Origin: Psammoneis japonica
Taxonomy: Eukaryota
Direction: 5' to 3'
Length of the DNA: 64,000 bases
Assembly: GCA_008632985.1 (NCBI GenBank)
Contig: QPGO01000048.1
Location: 124,001-188,000 of the forward strand
Both the position numbers and the translations under genes were made by a program. This document shows positions 24,811 through 36,893 of the stretch, one piece after another; positions within the stretch are counted from its first letter, which is position 1; the number at the start of each line of letters is the position of its first letter. The notes under the pieces are model-generated. The model saw only the letters and a program-made list of their open reading frames with translations. It was not told where the DNA came from and ran no database searches.

Positions 24811-26507
24811 TTATGTCTCAGCATTTTCTGTTAGCCCAGATTGAAGGCTAGAGAGCAGCACGTAGTTCGTAACCAAATTCTTGTGATCTAGAACTGCACC
24901 TGTTAGCGGACTTGTGTTTGACGTTTTCAACCAGCGCGCTATTGCACTGCGTTCATACGTGTGTCCGTCTGCGGCGACAACGGGGTCTCTCATTGGCAAG
25001 CCAGTAATAGGACAGCACGGCATACCTGGGAGGGGATCACGGTCGTCCGGCAGCTCTTCGTCACTAACTTGCAACTCATCAGGTGCTATGTCGCTTTCCG
25101 ACTCGAAATCAGCTTGTTCGACATCCTCAGCATCATTCGACGAATCATCGTCAGATAAGTTGGTTGGGTTGAAACGTCCATCCAAGTTTGTGACATGTAC
25201 AATATCTTCGATGGCCAACCCGACACCTCCTTTGCCCCAGCGGTTGAGCAAGGATATCCCTTCCTTTACGGCATCAGCGCCAACGGATAGAAGTCCTTCT
25301 TCCGGCACGCGCTCAACCGTTTCCGAAACTGTGGCTATAAGCGGCGAGAACGCTAGCCGCTCGGTGAGGTTAGCAAGCTCCTGCTGACATGTCTCAATTG
25401 CACCTTGGTAGTGTTCTTCGCAAATAAACATGAATCGATGCCCGGTGAAAGAGCACAACCAGCCCTCGGGGGAGTTGTATGATAAAACAAGTTCGTCGCC
25501 GTCCACTTCTTCTACAATGTATACCAAGCCTGGTGGAACAGGATACAAGTCAGACGCTGAGCAATAACTAGTGAAGCGGAGCTTATCACCAGGTCTAGGA
25601 GGTGGGTCTGTTGCCTCATACTCGCACACGATTCGCAATGTACCACTCGAGTTTTCAGTACCCAGCAAAGGGATCCATTCATCGATTGATGCAGTCTTCC
25701 CGGTCAAAATTGGAGTCACATCCACTGACGCCATCCCAAGGAACGGATCATCAGAATCGCCCTGATCTCCCATGCCCTTTGAGAGCTTTGTTGGATATTT
25801 CTCCAATTTACAACTGGTGCCGGTTGCGTGAAACAAAGCCACCGTCAGTATCGGTTTTGGAGGAGCCGGCAAGGTCAACTCACTCACACCATCTCTTTTC
25901 AGATTCTCCTCTTCATCAGAACTGGTATTCGAGGTAGCAGTTCCGGGTGCGTCATGGCCTGAATTAATTACAGGAAGGGACACATCGAAAAACATTGTTT
26001 CTCCACGCGGCCAAAGAGGGTTCGCGGTGTCGTACACTTCGGTCGTTCTTTGACTCTGCCCACAGTAGCGAACACTGGCATAGGGATTCACTGAGCTTCC
26101 CGGCGAATTCCGCGAGCGACTACGACGCAAGTCGCTGCTCGATCGTTTGTTACCAAAGAGAATATTTCCAAGTCCTCCTTTCTGTACAGGCTTCGATAAC
26201 AGTATCGCGTAAGAGGAATATTTCCATGTTTTGTGCAGACATCTGTAAAACGATTGCTTACCTCGAGATCTCTTGCAGCAACGACTCTCACAATCAACGT
26301 CCCCAGAATGTAGTCCGTGTAGCGAGATTTAGGTTTCTCGAACTCTGTAGGATCGTCATCTTCCACAAAATCTAGCAGTGAAAGGTCTAGATGATCATAT
26401 TCCGGTTCCGGTAGAGGTTCGAGCGAGTCACTCAATGGCCGTTCTGACATGCTTGTTGCTGCAGTCGTCGTCTTGAGCGTTGTTGTTGCGAGACCTCTCT
26501 TCGTCAT
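24811..26507 (-). CDS. C2-domain plus U-box E3 ubiquitin ligase; intron 26191-26261
   Basis: C2: GTLIVRVVAARDLE...NPYASV...DPFLG. U-box: CPITGLPMRDPVVAADGHTYERSAIARWL..SNTSPLTG. Confidence 0.85.
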
Positions 26508-26724
26508 CGCAGATCTTCCTTGGTCTACTCGCCACGCGGTCGCATGCCGTGCGCTGTTTTGAGCGAACATAACAGAGTATAAGTACTTGTATACGAAGAC
26601 GCATATGACGTCACACATAAAATGATCCCGCCCGCCCGCCCGCCCTCCCGTGCATACATCGTCTGTTGTCGTCCGCACACGCGCATTCGCACACTCTGCG
26701 CGCTCGAGAAAGACGATGCATGAA

Positions 26725-27255
26725 GTACCCTCTCTACTCTAGCTAGAGGTCTAGCTCTAGGGCCCTATCTACTCTCTACCTACTAGTAGCTAGACTACTA
26801 GTAGCTAGGGTTCCTACGGTACTCTAGCTACTCTCTAGCTAGCGCTAGCTAGAGTAGAGAGCTACTACTACTAGCTAGAGTAGAGAGTAGAGTCGTCTAC
26901 TCTGTTCAATGTTGTTGTAGGTCTCCTACTCCAGAGTAGAGAGTAGAGGCCTACCATACTGTATGATACACCGGTACCGGTAGTAGCTACTCTACTGTAT
27001 GTACTGTACAATGAGCTACTCTCTACCAGTATTAGAGAGAGCTCTCTCCATGTAGAGTCGTCCCTCTCTAGAGTAGAGAGAGAGAGTACTGTGCTCTCTC
27101 TACTATTCCTACCGGGTGAGAGAGCATAGCTTGGCACAAATATGGTAGAAGTAGTATGATGGCTCTCCTCTCTACTCGTAGTAGCTAGGAAGCAGTACTC
27201 TAGAAAGTAGGAGTAGCAATCTAGACTCTACTAGCTAAATGATTAGCTTACTGAG
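26725..27255. repeat. Low-complexity TAG/CTA/AGAG-rich intergenic tract
   Basis: Dense ctag, tagag, ctcta and tact words; TG/CA scarce. Confidence 0.8.
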
Positions 27256-27368
27256 AAACAATCAACATGCATTACTGAACATCAACAAGACTTCTACAGC
27301 AATCGTCTCGAACGTAATAAGGCGTCTAAGCCACGTTCAACTCAATGATTTCAGTTGAACTCTGGATT

Positions 27369-29893
27369 CTAAAGATCATCATCTTCGATATCATCATCTC
27401 CGTCATCATCTTCGTAAAAGAAGTAATTGCCGTTCTTCTTCTGCTCGGCATCCTTTTGCGATCCTTGCTTATTGATCCTGTGAGCGAGAAAGAAAGAGAA
27501 GCAAATTTGTCAGCCAGAATGTTCTCACACACGATCCAGAATAGATGAATTGTTCACCTAACCGTTGAATCGTCCGGTTAGAAATTAAAACTAAGACTTA
27601 GAAAGAATCTTTCAGTGCCGAACGCTAAAACAGCGCCCGAGGGTAACGAATACCACACGGAAACCAGCGTAAAGAATGTATTCTCGTCATCCCAGACAAC
27701 AACAAAACTCCAACGTTTGTGATTGTTACAATAACTCACCTTGGTCGAAAGTTTGTTGGGTCCCTTCTGAACGTCACCTCCAAGCTCTTCAGGAACTCAT
27801 TCATACCGGTTAAAAGCCCCTGCGGACTTGACGCCGTGGCCTCAATCCCGGGTTGACCGTGGTAAACGACTACGCGATCCGCAAGATAGGTAGCCATGAT
27901 AAAATCATGCTCCACAACAAAGGCTGTTTTCTTACTGTGCATAATGAAACGTTTGATCACCTTCGCGCAATTGATACGCTGTTCAGAATCCAAGTAGGCA
28001 CTGGGTTCATCAATGAGATAGACATCCGCAGGAGTGCCGAGTGCCAGAACAATAGCGAGACGTTGCAACTCCCCACCTGACAAGTTCTGAACTCCGTTGT
28101 CGATAATGTTGTCAATAACAAGAGGTTTCATCACGTCGGAGACGAACTGAGGGTGAACATACGAATCACGAACACGTTTGTGAAGAAGTTGCCGGACGGT
28201 GCCCTGAAACTTTGGGGAAATCTTCTGGGGCTTGTAACTAACATTAAGATCCGGAGCACCGGCATTAGCAGCCTCGTAGGTCAACCCCTCTTCTTCAAAT
28301 TTGACTTGTTCGTCGCTTTTAAGGAGTCCTGCTAGCATTCGAACGAAAGTGGTTTTGCCGGTACCATTCTCCCCCAAAAGAACAATGATTTCAGAATCAG
28401 TGAATGACCCCTCTTCTATATGAAGTTTGAAGGAAGAGCCTTCCCTCGTCTGTGTCTTTGTCATTGAGGGATAAGAGTACCGCTTCATCTCGTCGTTCTT
28501 CACCTCCACGCCTTCAGCACGCTCGGAAACCTACGTTGAGCAAAACAAGACAGCATTAGAGGAAGGAGCATCAGCGTGCGCTTTTGGCCAGATCTTGCTT
28601 TCTCATACCTTGAACGAGAGAGCGTCCTGGCGGAATCTCAAGTTCTCCGTTGGGATAAATCCCGCCAGAAAAGCGTTGATACCCATACGGACACTGAACG
28701 GCATCGTGACGACACCGTACGCACCAGGAGTGCCATAGAGTACGCAAACATAATCACTTAGGTAGTCTAGGACAGCCAAGTCGTGCTCCACCACAAGTAC
28801 ATAGCGCCCGTATCCGTGGTCGCCATCGAGTAGCTGACGGATCATATGGGCCGCCGTAAGACGTTGCTTGACGTCGAGGTAGGATGACGGTTCATCAAAC
28901 ATGTAAACGTCGCTGCTCTGAACGGCAACAGCAGCAATAGCGAACCGCTGCAATTCACCACCAGACAAAACGCGGACATCACGTTGCAACAGATGGTTTA
29001 ACTCTGCCTCAGACGTGGCCCAGCTTAAAACATCCCAGTTTTCCGATTCGGTCCTCTGCGTGAAAGGCAATACGGAAAGGTTGAGACTACAAATGAAATA
29101 CGCCGATTGAACGGCCTTCCTTTCACAAAAACGAGTCTGGAACGCACCTCGTCCTTGCTCTTGAGAATATCCAGAACTTTTCCTTTGACTGCGCGGGGGA
29201 TATGGTCAACGTATTGCGGCTTAATTGTAGCTTTCATTGTGTCCTCTAGAATCTTCGTAAAGTAATTCTGCAGTTCCGAGCCGCGAAAGTACACCAAGAT
29301 CTCTTCCCAGTCGGGTTGATTTTCGTACCTCCCTAGATTCGGCTTCATCTTCCCAGCAAGAATCTTTAGTGCGGTGGACTTGCCAATACCGTTGGTCCCC
29401 ACGAGACCCAGTACCTGCCCTGGGCGAGGCATGGGCAAACGATGAAGCTTGAAGGAATTAGGGCCGTATCGGTGGGTTGTGTTACGTTCCAAGTCCTTTG
29501 GTAGGTTGATAATGCTGATGGCATCAAATGGGCACTTTTTCACACAGATACCGCATCCTATTGATTTACAGTGTGACAGTCGTTATATTGAATGTATAAG
29601 AGGTTGGACGCAAAAGCACGAGAACAAGCGTGACGGCACGGTACCGTGAAGCTCACTCCGCCCACTACACACTCACCAATACAGAGAGGCTCGGAAATAA
29701 AAGCAAGCTTGCTTTTAGGACCGACTTCTATGCAAAGTTTACCCAATTTAACAACTGGACAGCTCTTCTTGCATTCTTGGCGACACTTCTTCGGCTTACA
29801 CCGCTCCGCTTCCACAATCGCAATACGAGTCAGAGAGGATTCTCCGTCACCGCTGCCGCCAGCTGCTTTACCACCTTTCTTCTTCGGTGGCAT
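27369..29893 (-). CDS. ABCE1: ABCE1/RLI1 ribosome recycling ATPase, multi-exon
   Basis: Fe-S N-terminus [15 protein letters not shown], two ABC cassettes ([25 protein letters not shown]), and [11 protein letters not shown] spliced through a 262-bp intron (27478-27739) to [14 protein letters not shown]. Confidence 0.97.
27612..27690 (-). ncRNA. Candidate intronic box C/D snoRNA
   Basis: Box C-like ATGACGA (27690-27684) and box D CTGA (27615-27612) span 79 nt inside the unusually long last ABCE1 intron. Confidence 0.35.
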
Positions 29894-30357
29894 TTTCGCT
29901 TTCTCCTTCCTTTTACTATATGAAAGTGCTATCAATACCCGCTCGATGTTGTACGACCCGTCTCGAACAACAAACCTTTCAAGCACACAGCACACTTTCC
30001 AACTTTCAACTTGCTTCTTCGGAACCTTCGAACCTTCGAACTTCGTGATTTCTTGTGTCAGTCACCACTTACTAAAAACTAGGATCATTTATTTATCCAT
30101 TTATGTTAATGTTTATATTCATCGTACATCTCGGTACATTTTCTACACAATGCGAAATTAACATCCGCTCGTCCGTCATCCCTTCTTCACTGTACAGTAT
30201 GATACTCGAGTACGTACAGTATGTAGCCTACCGTACGACGACTCTCCATTTTGCACGGAAGAGAACAGACGGATTTTCTCCAAAGTGGGATGCGCGGAAG
30301 ATTTGAGCCAAACTTGTTCACCTGCGCACAGTTGTGACCAAGTTGCCGCACCCGACG

Positions 30358-32790
30358 ATGATGAATTCCTCACCCGTTCCCTCACTCTCAGGGACATTAC
30401 GGGTCGAGGAACTTGCAAAACTTCTCAAAGTCCCTGTTGGAGCAATTTTATGTGTTGAAATAGATGAATCAAAGCCTTGCGGGGTTGACAATTGCTGCTT
30501 GCCGTCAGCACGGCGAAACACACAAGGCGGACACAACAATGGACCCCGGTGCTTGTTTCATCGACAGTCATGGTTTCCAGTTGCCCCCAATGGCAAAGGC
30601 CATTTTCTTCTTGGTCCACAGTGCATGAGACCCGAAGACGCAAAAGGAAGGAAAACTTGCACACGCGACAACACTTTCTGTCATGGAATGGGGCGTTCAT
30701 CTCATGTGGTGCGCGTGCCGAAGAATTTGTCGCAACTGTCACAAGCGCTCTTGGAGTCAAACCTGAGCACTGAGAGAAAGTTTTGAATGATCCACGCAGT
30801 CAGGTGATTGCACCGTGGCACTTTCATCCTGAACATCGGCATTGTGACGAGTCGAACAAGTGCTGGCGCCTGAATCCGCACAACAGCGATGCAACATTCC
30901 GGGATTGGGAAAAGAAAAAGTGGGTTGGCTTTCCCCCCCCAAACTACAAAGTTGAGTTGCACAAAGAGATGGAAGAGCAAAGACGTGAGGTGCGGCCCCA
31001 AGAGCGATGGAAAGTGTCTTCCGGCATTGCATCAGACTCACCAGAGTGGTTTGGGCCACTTCTGACTGCACAGAGACGCGCCAAGAGGAACATGAAGACG
31101 AATGTTCCCGGCAGCAATGCTTCAAGGGGTGAAATTTCCAATCCTTTAAATGATGTCACCAATGCCCCGAGAACAGCCAGGTCAAGTGCAACAAAGTTGG
31201 TCACTCCAGATGCTGGCACCCCGCACTCCAACACAAGCATGCCGGCAGAGAAGCGTGCCGTGGTCATGACAGCTCGAGCTCAGAGTTTCAATGAAGAATT
31301 GGAGGACAAAAAGTTGGAGGTGGAGCACTTGAATAAAATGGTGGAGCAACTGAAGAAAAAGCTGTCTGACAAAGACAATGAAATGGGAGAGCTCCGTGTC
31401 AGAGCAGACAAGCAAGGGAAAACAATGGAGACATCAAAGACTCGGATTTCTGAATTGGAGTCCGAGCCAGAATGCGCCCGTGGTGAGCTGGTCGAGCTGT
31501 CTCAGCAAGCACCTCTGTCATGCAAGGACCTTGCACCCGGTGGTCACCTGGCAGATGCAAACAGTGCGCGCACCTTTTTCCCCGATTTTGAAGCTGGCGA
31601 GCGCTTCTTGGAAGTGCTGAACTGGAAAGACGGCGGCAATCCGGGTCTTGCAGAAGGACTGCGGCGTTGCAGCAAGGTTGGTCCAGGTGAACGCAAGGGT
31701 GATGTTGAGCCACCTGCTGCACACTCAACTGAACCAGAGCAACGGGTCGTCGATTGGAAAACGGAGCATTCATTTTCTGTCTTTGCTGTCATGTCGGATT
31801 AACTCAGGAAGCAATCGCCCCACTTGTTGGGATCAAAGCTGCTTCCATGGTTTCAGATGTCGTTCGGCAGTGGGCTGTTTTTCTGGACCGGTCGTTGACA
31901 CTGTGGTTTCGACTCCAAGCCGGAGCACATGTTGCGAGCGCATTCCGGCTAGATTTGTTCGGGCCTTTGGGCATGCTTCTATTTTCCTTGTTCTTGATGC
32001 CACAGAGGAGGAGGCACAGATGTCCTGCATGAAGACGGGGCATGCCACCATGCATTCTGAGTGCAAGGGCAGGGACACAATGAAGTTCTTTGGTGGCTCT
32101 GACCCCACTGGATGCACACATGAAGGCTCTCTGCCGAAAGATGGAGCGGCTGGCAGTTGTGGGGATTCAATCGGCACCGACATTTTCAAACTAATTGAAA
32201 ATGTGCCATTCGGGCATGCAGTCCAGGTTGACAAGGGGTTTCTCATTGATGATCTGTGTGCGTTGCTGGGAGTCGCGTGTGTCCGCCCCACGAAGAAACT
32301 GAAGCTACAGACTCAGCAGTCAAGCGAGGACACGGCTCCATGTCAGAAGATTGGGAATGCGAGAATTGTCATCGAACAGGTTAACGGGCATGCAAAGATG
32401 ACGGGTGGATGCTTCAACAGTGTCATCCCATTGCTTCAGCTGGACCTTGCTCCGTTTTGTTGATGCGGATTTGTTTTCTGATGCAGAACTTTCATCCTGC
32501 CATCATCCATGGGCAGTCGACGCATTGCGTCGATGGAAAACGTAGAGAACGTCCCTGCCGAGCAGAGATTCGCTGGTGTGGTGCTGCAGATGATGGTTTG
32601 GCAGATGTGTGTGGACAGGTTCACCTTTGGGGCACAGCGAGTGAGCGCAAGAGGTTTGCGGAGCTGGCAGAACAAGAGCCGGAAAAGTCGTTGGTCGATG
32701 TTGGTGAGATGGCACTTCGTGAAGACTGGCCTCGGAAACTCCGAGAGGAGCACAACAAATGCACTGGAACTGACAACTGGCTGTGTGACA
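30358..32790 (+). pseudogene. Transposase: THAP-like zinc finger, coiled coil, HTH_Tnp_4 and DDE_Tnp_4; frameshifted
   Basis: VLDATE, HSECKGRDTMKF (degenerate YSxYKxxxTxK), VQVDKGF, QQSSEDT...IGNARIVIEQVNG; GLTQEAIAPLVGI HTH; N-terminal C..C..RVP..WHF. Confidence 0.8.
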
Positions 32791-32799
32791 ACCCCCAGC

Positions 32800-35104
32800 A
32801 GTTGTGTCTGTGGAATGTGCTCAACCATTTGCAGTTAGTCCGGCTTTTCCATTGCGTCGTTCTGAGATGCTTGAATGGAGCTTGCACTGCTGGGTTGTCC
32901 TCAGAAAAACGCTTCCGATCCAGCATTCGTTGATGGCATGCATCATCGCCATGCATTTCACAATGAGGCCCGACACCCAAGTTGATGTTTCTCCATGTGT
33001 CCTTTGAGGCACATCTCTGAGCTTCCTCTTCTGTCTTTGGAGCTCGGCGGAATTGCATTTCTGAAAGTCCCTGAGTTCGCCATGCCGGCATTGTTGATTT
33101 CCTGCAATCCAGCAACATTTGTCCATCGCAACAGGCTTGGGAGTGCTTCTCTCTTCACCCCAATGATGGTGCTGGGTGTAGAGTGCACAGCAACGGTGTG
33201 TGCATTGACCAAAACCAGCAGTGCACGAAGCACAACAGCTGTCAATCACTCCAACAATGCGCCCAAGATTGTGCCCATCTTTTGCGAAGGCAGTCGGCTT
33301 AACTTGCAAGACCATGAAAACAAGATGCGGACAGAGCTCTTTTCGCTCACCTTTCTCTACCCTCTCTTTCTGATTCTTGTTCATAGATGCAAACTGTTTT
33401 GACAGCACACACAGTTTTGTCTTATCGTCCGAGAATGCAACAGTGTGAAGCTTCAATTCTCGGTGATCAAGAACCCGTTGGAGCGCCGTCCCGATGGTCT
33501 TCTGGCGCTTGCTTTCACCTGCACAGCCACAGCACTTGTGAACAAAGGAATCGCAAGCTCAGGGCTCTCAATTGCAATGTCCTCAAACTTGGCAAGAAAC
33601 CCTGGAGTAAAGATCAGCACGTCTTCATCTCAAATTTCAATTTCGCGTGTTCGGGTCTCTGAAAGAAATCCGCCGTCATGAGATTCTCCAGCAGTTCGTG
33701 AATTTTCACTCACGGGTCTCCAGTGTCAATGGCAAAGAAGGAACCCAATGTGCCTTTGTCCCGATTGAAAGCTTGTGCCAGATGAGGTTCCTCTGCCTCA
33801 AGAGAGACAAAGCCTTTTGTGCACTTTGTCAAATCGTCTTTTCGGAGCTTGTCCCCGCACTCGGAAGTGGTGTTGGCTCCACGAGCACTCAAGAAGCTCT
33901 TTAACTGTACAACATTGCATTGCTCTGGTTTGTCATTTGCAAGACAGCACCCAGCTACCTCAGTCTTAGAAAGCCATGATTTGTGCAGGTGGTTGTGCGG
34001 GTTGAAAGAAGATGGATTCTTGGAATCATTTTCAGAGAGCTCGCCACGAGGCGCAACTTCTCCCGCGGCATGTTTCCTTGTCACGACCGTGCTCGGCATC
34101 ACCAGTTTTCCATCAAGTTGCCTGACATTGCATTTAGAATCACAACAAAGGGCCCTTTCAGAAAAGCATTCAGTCACAACAGCGACATGCGCGGAAACCC
34201 TGTCCAACGTCCACGTGTCATCGAGCTTGTTGCTTCGAAGTGTGCATTCCACCACTTGTCGCAAACACAAAGACGTCTTTGACAAGTGATTGATGCTTGC
34301 TGATTGATTGACATTCAATTCTGGAGGGTTGCTGGATTCCTCGTTGATGAGTGCATTGAAAATTTCTAGAGCTGTCTTCTCACCAACACCCGGAAGACCG
34401 GATTGATCGGGCGTGCCATCACACCCACAAAGAGCGCCAAAGATCTGAAAGACTGAGTGACCAAAGGAACGGCAAGCATGAGGAAGTACAGCCATTTTGC
34501 TGCCTTCTGACAAAGCTCTTTCCATGCTGTCACTCTCCATGTCAAAGAAGCGGACACTCTCAGTGTGATGGGAGTCGACAATCAGCACTTTCTTGTGCCC
34601 GAACGCAAGCATGTCGGAGTCGCCAGAAATGACAACTTCTGTTCGATCCCCAGCAACAGGATGGTGCCAGAGCTGCAAGTCTGCCTCCTCTGGTGCAATG
34701 ATGGAAGACACCATGAATGAGTTGCAAACCTTCTTGGCCACAAGAATGCAAAGAGGTTCATTTCGCATCAAGTTGTTCCTCTCGTCGGAGGTGGAGTTCG
34801 TGTTGTCTCTTCTGGCACGTTCATGCCTCTTCCATTCAGAGTCCCTTCCATCAAAAGCAACAAAGAGCTTATCACCAAGATCACACATTCTGGCGAGATA
34901 ATTCAACATTAAAGAAAAGTCCCGCAAGGAAGGCCCGCAGTCTCCATTTGTGCGTGCACGCCTGTGTTGTCGGGCACACATGTGCAAAAGTCCGGCAACG
35001 TCAAAGCCAATCACTTTTCCTTGAAGACCAAGCTCATGGCTTGTCTTGAGAAAGTCATTGAACCTTCTGCATGGTGGGAGGGGTAGCAAACCGTGAATTC
35101 CCAT
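32800..35104 (-). pseudogene. Exo1/XPG-family 5' nuclease + SAP + SWIM zinc-finger fusion (transposon accessory gene), disrupted
   Basis: MGIHGLLP start, IGFDVAGLLH, VAFDG, APEEADLQL, VISGDSDML, CGCDG..LPGVGEKTA (H3TH); SAP-like CNVVQLKSFLSARG; SWIM CASCTAGFGQCTH. Confidence 0.8.
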
Positions 35105-35215
35105 CGCGACGCAAATTGTTCTCGCCTGATGATGACTGAAGTGTCTTGCAGCGTTTGAGGCCAAAATCTTCCGCGCATCCCACTTCGTCTGGCCATCTTC
35201 CGTGCAAAATGGTCT

Positions 35216-35314
35216 ATGACAGAGAGAGAGAGAGCTACCGTAGCTACTATAGTACCTGGTAGTAGAGAGCTTTGTAGAGCTCTCTAGAGAGTAGCTACTC
35301 TCTACTCTCTAGCT

Positions 35315-35345
<31 letters not shown>

Positions 35346-35560
35346 CTGAAGCCTTACCCTACTACTACTGGAATCTCCCTCTACTAGAGAGTAGGGCCCT
35401 CTCTATCTAGAGTAGCTTAGTAGCACCGACCGTGCGTAGTAGCGGCTGCCCACTTACTCAACCGTACTGTACGGTGTGGTAGAGTGCAGATACGATGATG
35501 GCTAAACCTCTCTACAACAGGATCCTAGTAGAGGGCCCTAGAGCCCTAGAGTCACTCATG
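35216..35560. repeat. TAG/CTA/(AG)n-rich low-complexity tract
   Basis: Same word composition as 26725-27255, including (AG)n runs. Confidence 0.8.
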
Positions 35561-35567
35561 AGGGCGC

Positions 35568-36388
35568 CTACTTGTTTTTTAGGTAAATGCTCCAGTTTAA
35601 GGCGCTTGCCACGAACACCCACCCACATGTTGGTAGCAAAAGCTTTCCGGCATTCTCATCAATTCCCCAGAACAATGCAGTGCTTGTCATTAAAAGCCCA
35701 AAGAAGATGCTGATGACAAAAGCTCCCCGGCCAGGACATTGCAATTCAAAAAACACTTTGTTCCACGCATCTCCCAATGCTAGGTGTCCGCAATAGACAG
35801 CCAATGCCTTCCAATGTTTGTTGTTTTCATCTTTAATGATACGCCTTAGCGCCAGCAGCTGTGTAGGTTTGGAAACGATGAGCCACATAATTGGGAAAAC
35901 CCATCCAGGTGGGTTCCATGCCGGCTTGAGAAGGTTCTCGTACCAATCTGGATCGCCAGGGAGTTCTGATGGGTCTAGAACTTGATTTGTTGCCACGGAC
36001 AATCCTCCATCCACAAGGCTGCCAAAGAAACTTGACGCAAAAATCACAGAAATACATGCGAGCCACTGCGGGAGTTGCAGTCCACCGATGGATTTCATGT
36101 CCAGCTTTGACGACAAATAGTTACCTCCAGATAGCACCCCAAGCAAAGCACCCGCTTCTGCTAGTGCACTGGTAGCAATTTTCAAGAAAAGCACCGGATC
36201 AGAGTCGCTGCAGGATCCTCCCCAATAGTGGTGATAGACACGCGAGAGACATCCTCTTGTTTGATATCCAGCACTCGGTTCAAGAAACTGGCCGCGGTGC
36301 GCTTTCTTAGAATAGTGGGTTCAACCGAAACTGCAACCATCGAAGCGCACGAGGCAATCGTTACAAGGAATAGAAGTACTACTCTCAT
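35568..36388 (-). CDS. TspO/MBR family protein with signal peptide; one apparent 1-nt frameshift near 36222
   Basis: WYENLLKPAWNPPGWVFPIMW, WNKVFF, LLLPTCGWVFVASALN. The upstream ORF 36182..36388 joins through (R)GGSCSDSDPVLF if one base is restored. Confidence 0.8.
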
Positions 36389-36893
36389 GGTGAGACATCG
36401 GGATGCCAGATCTACCGTTCGCTGATTATTTGTTGCCTCAAGTTGTCAACCCCGGCACCGATGATGTCGTGATGTTTTCGGTCAAGTGCCAAGTGCGTCA
36501 GCTTGGAAGCTGTCGAGCGCGACGGAGGAGGATATGTAGGAGGAGGAGTCAGTCGAGTCGGCCGGGCGGCGGCTGACAGAATAGAAATAGGAGCCGCGCC
36601 CCCGCTTCAGCCAGAGCGAAGAGCAAGGTAGTAGGTAGGCCTAGGAGCCCGCGTCCGTAGCCTTCTATCGTCTGTAACCTTACTGTATGTCTCGCAAGAT
36701 CTTCATTGAGTGACTTTGCCTCGTCCAAAACTCGGAATGCACTTTATACTGTAGAGTGCGGTTGACGAAGTTTGAGTCTGAGATCAAACGGTGCGAAAAT
36801 GCCTGAGCAACATGCCAGACGCCTTCGTCCAATGACAAAACCATAAAATTGTGCGGCAGGATTTGCCCAATTTATTCCGGGTAAACCTTAAAC

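Larger units (their letters stand above)
30246..35212. mobile_element. ISL2EU/PIF-Harbinger-type DNA transposon, degenerate, with imperfect TIRs
   Basis: Left end CCATTTTGCACGGAAGA..CAGACG..AAGTGGGATGCGCGGAAGATTT matches the reverse complement of ~35160-35212; two convergent ORF systems lie inside. Confidence 0.85.

Noticed and set aside
33710..35104. Host EXO1 gene
   Set aside because: It lies inside the TIRs, is fused to SAP/SWIM, is disrupted and shares the TE mutation signature
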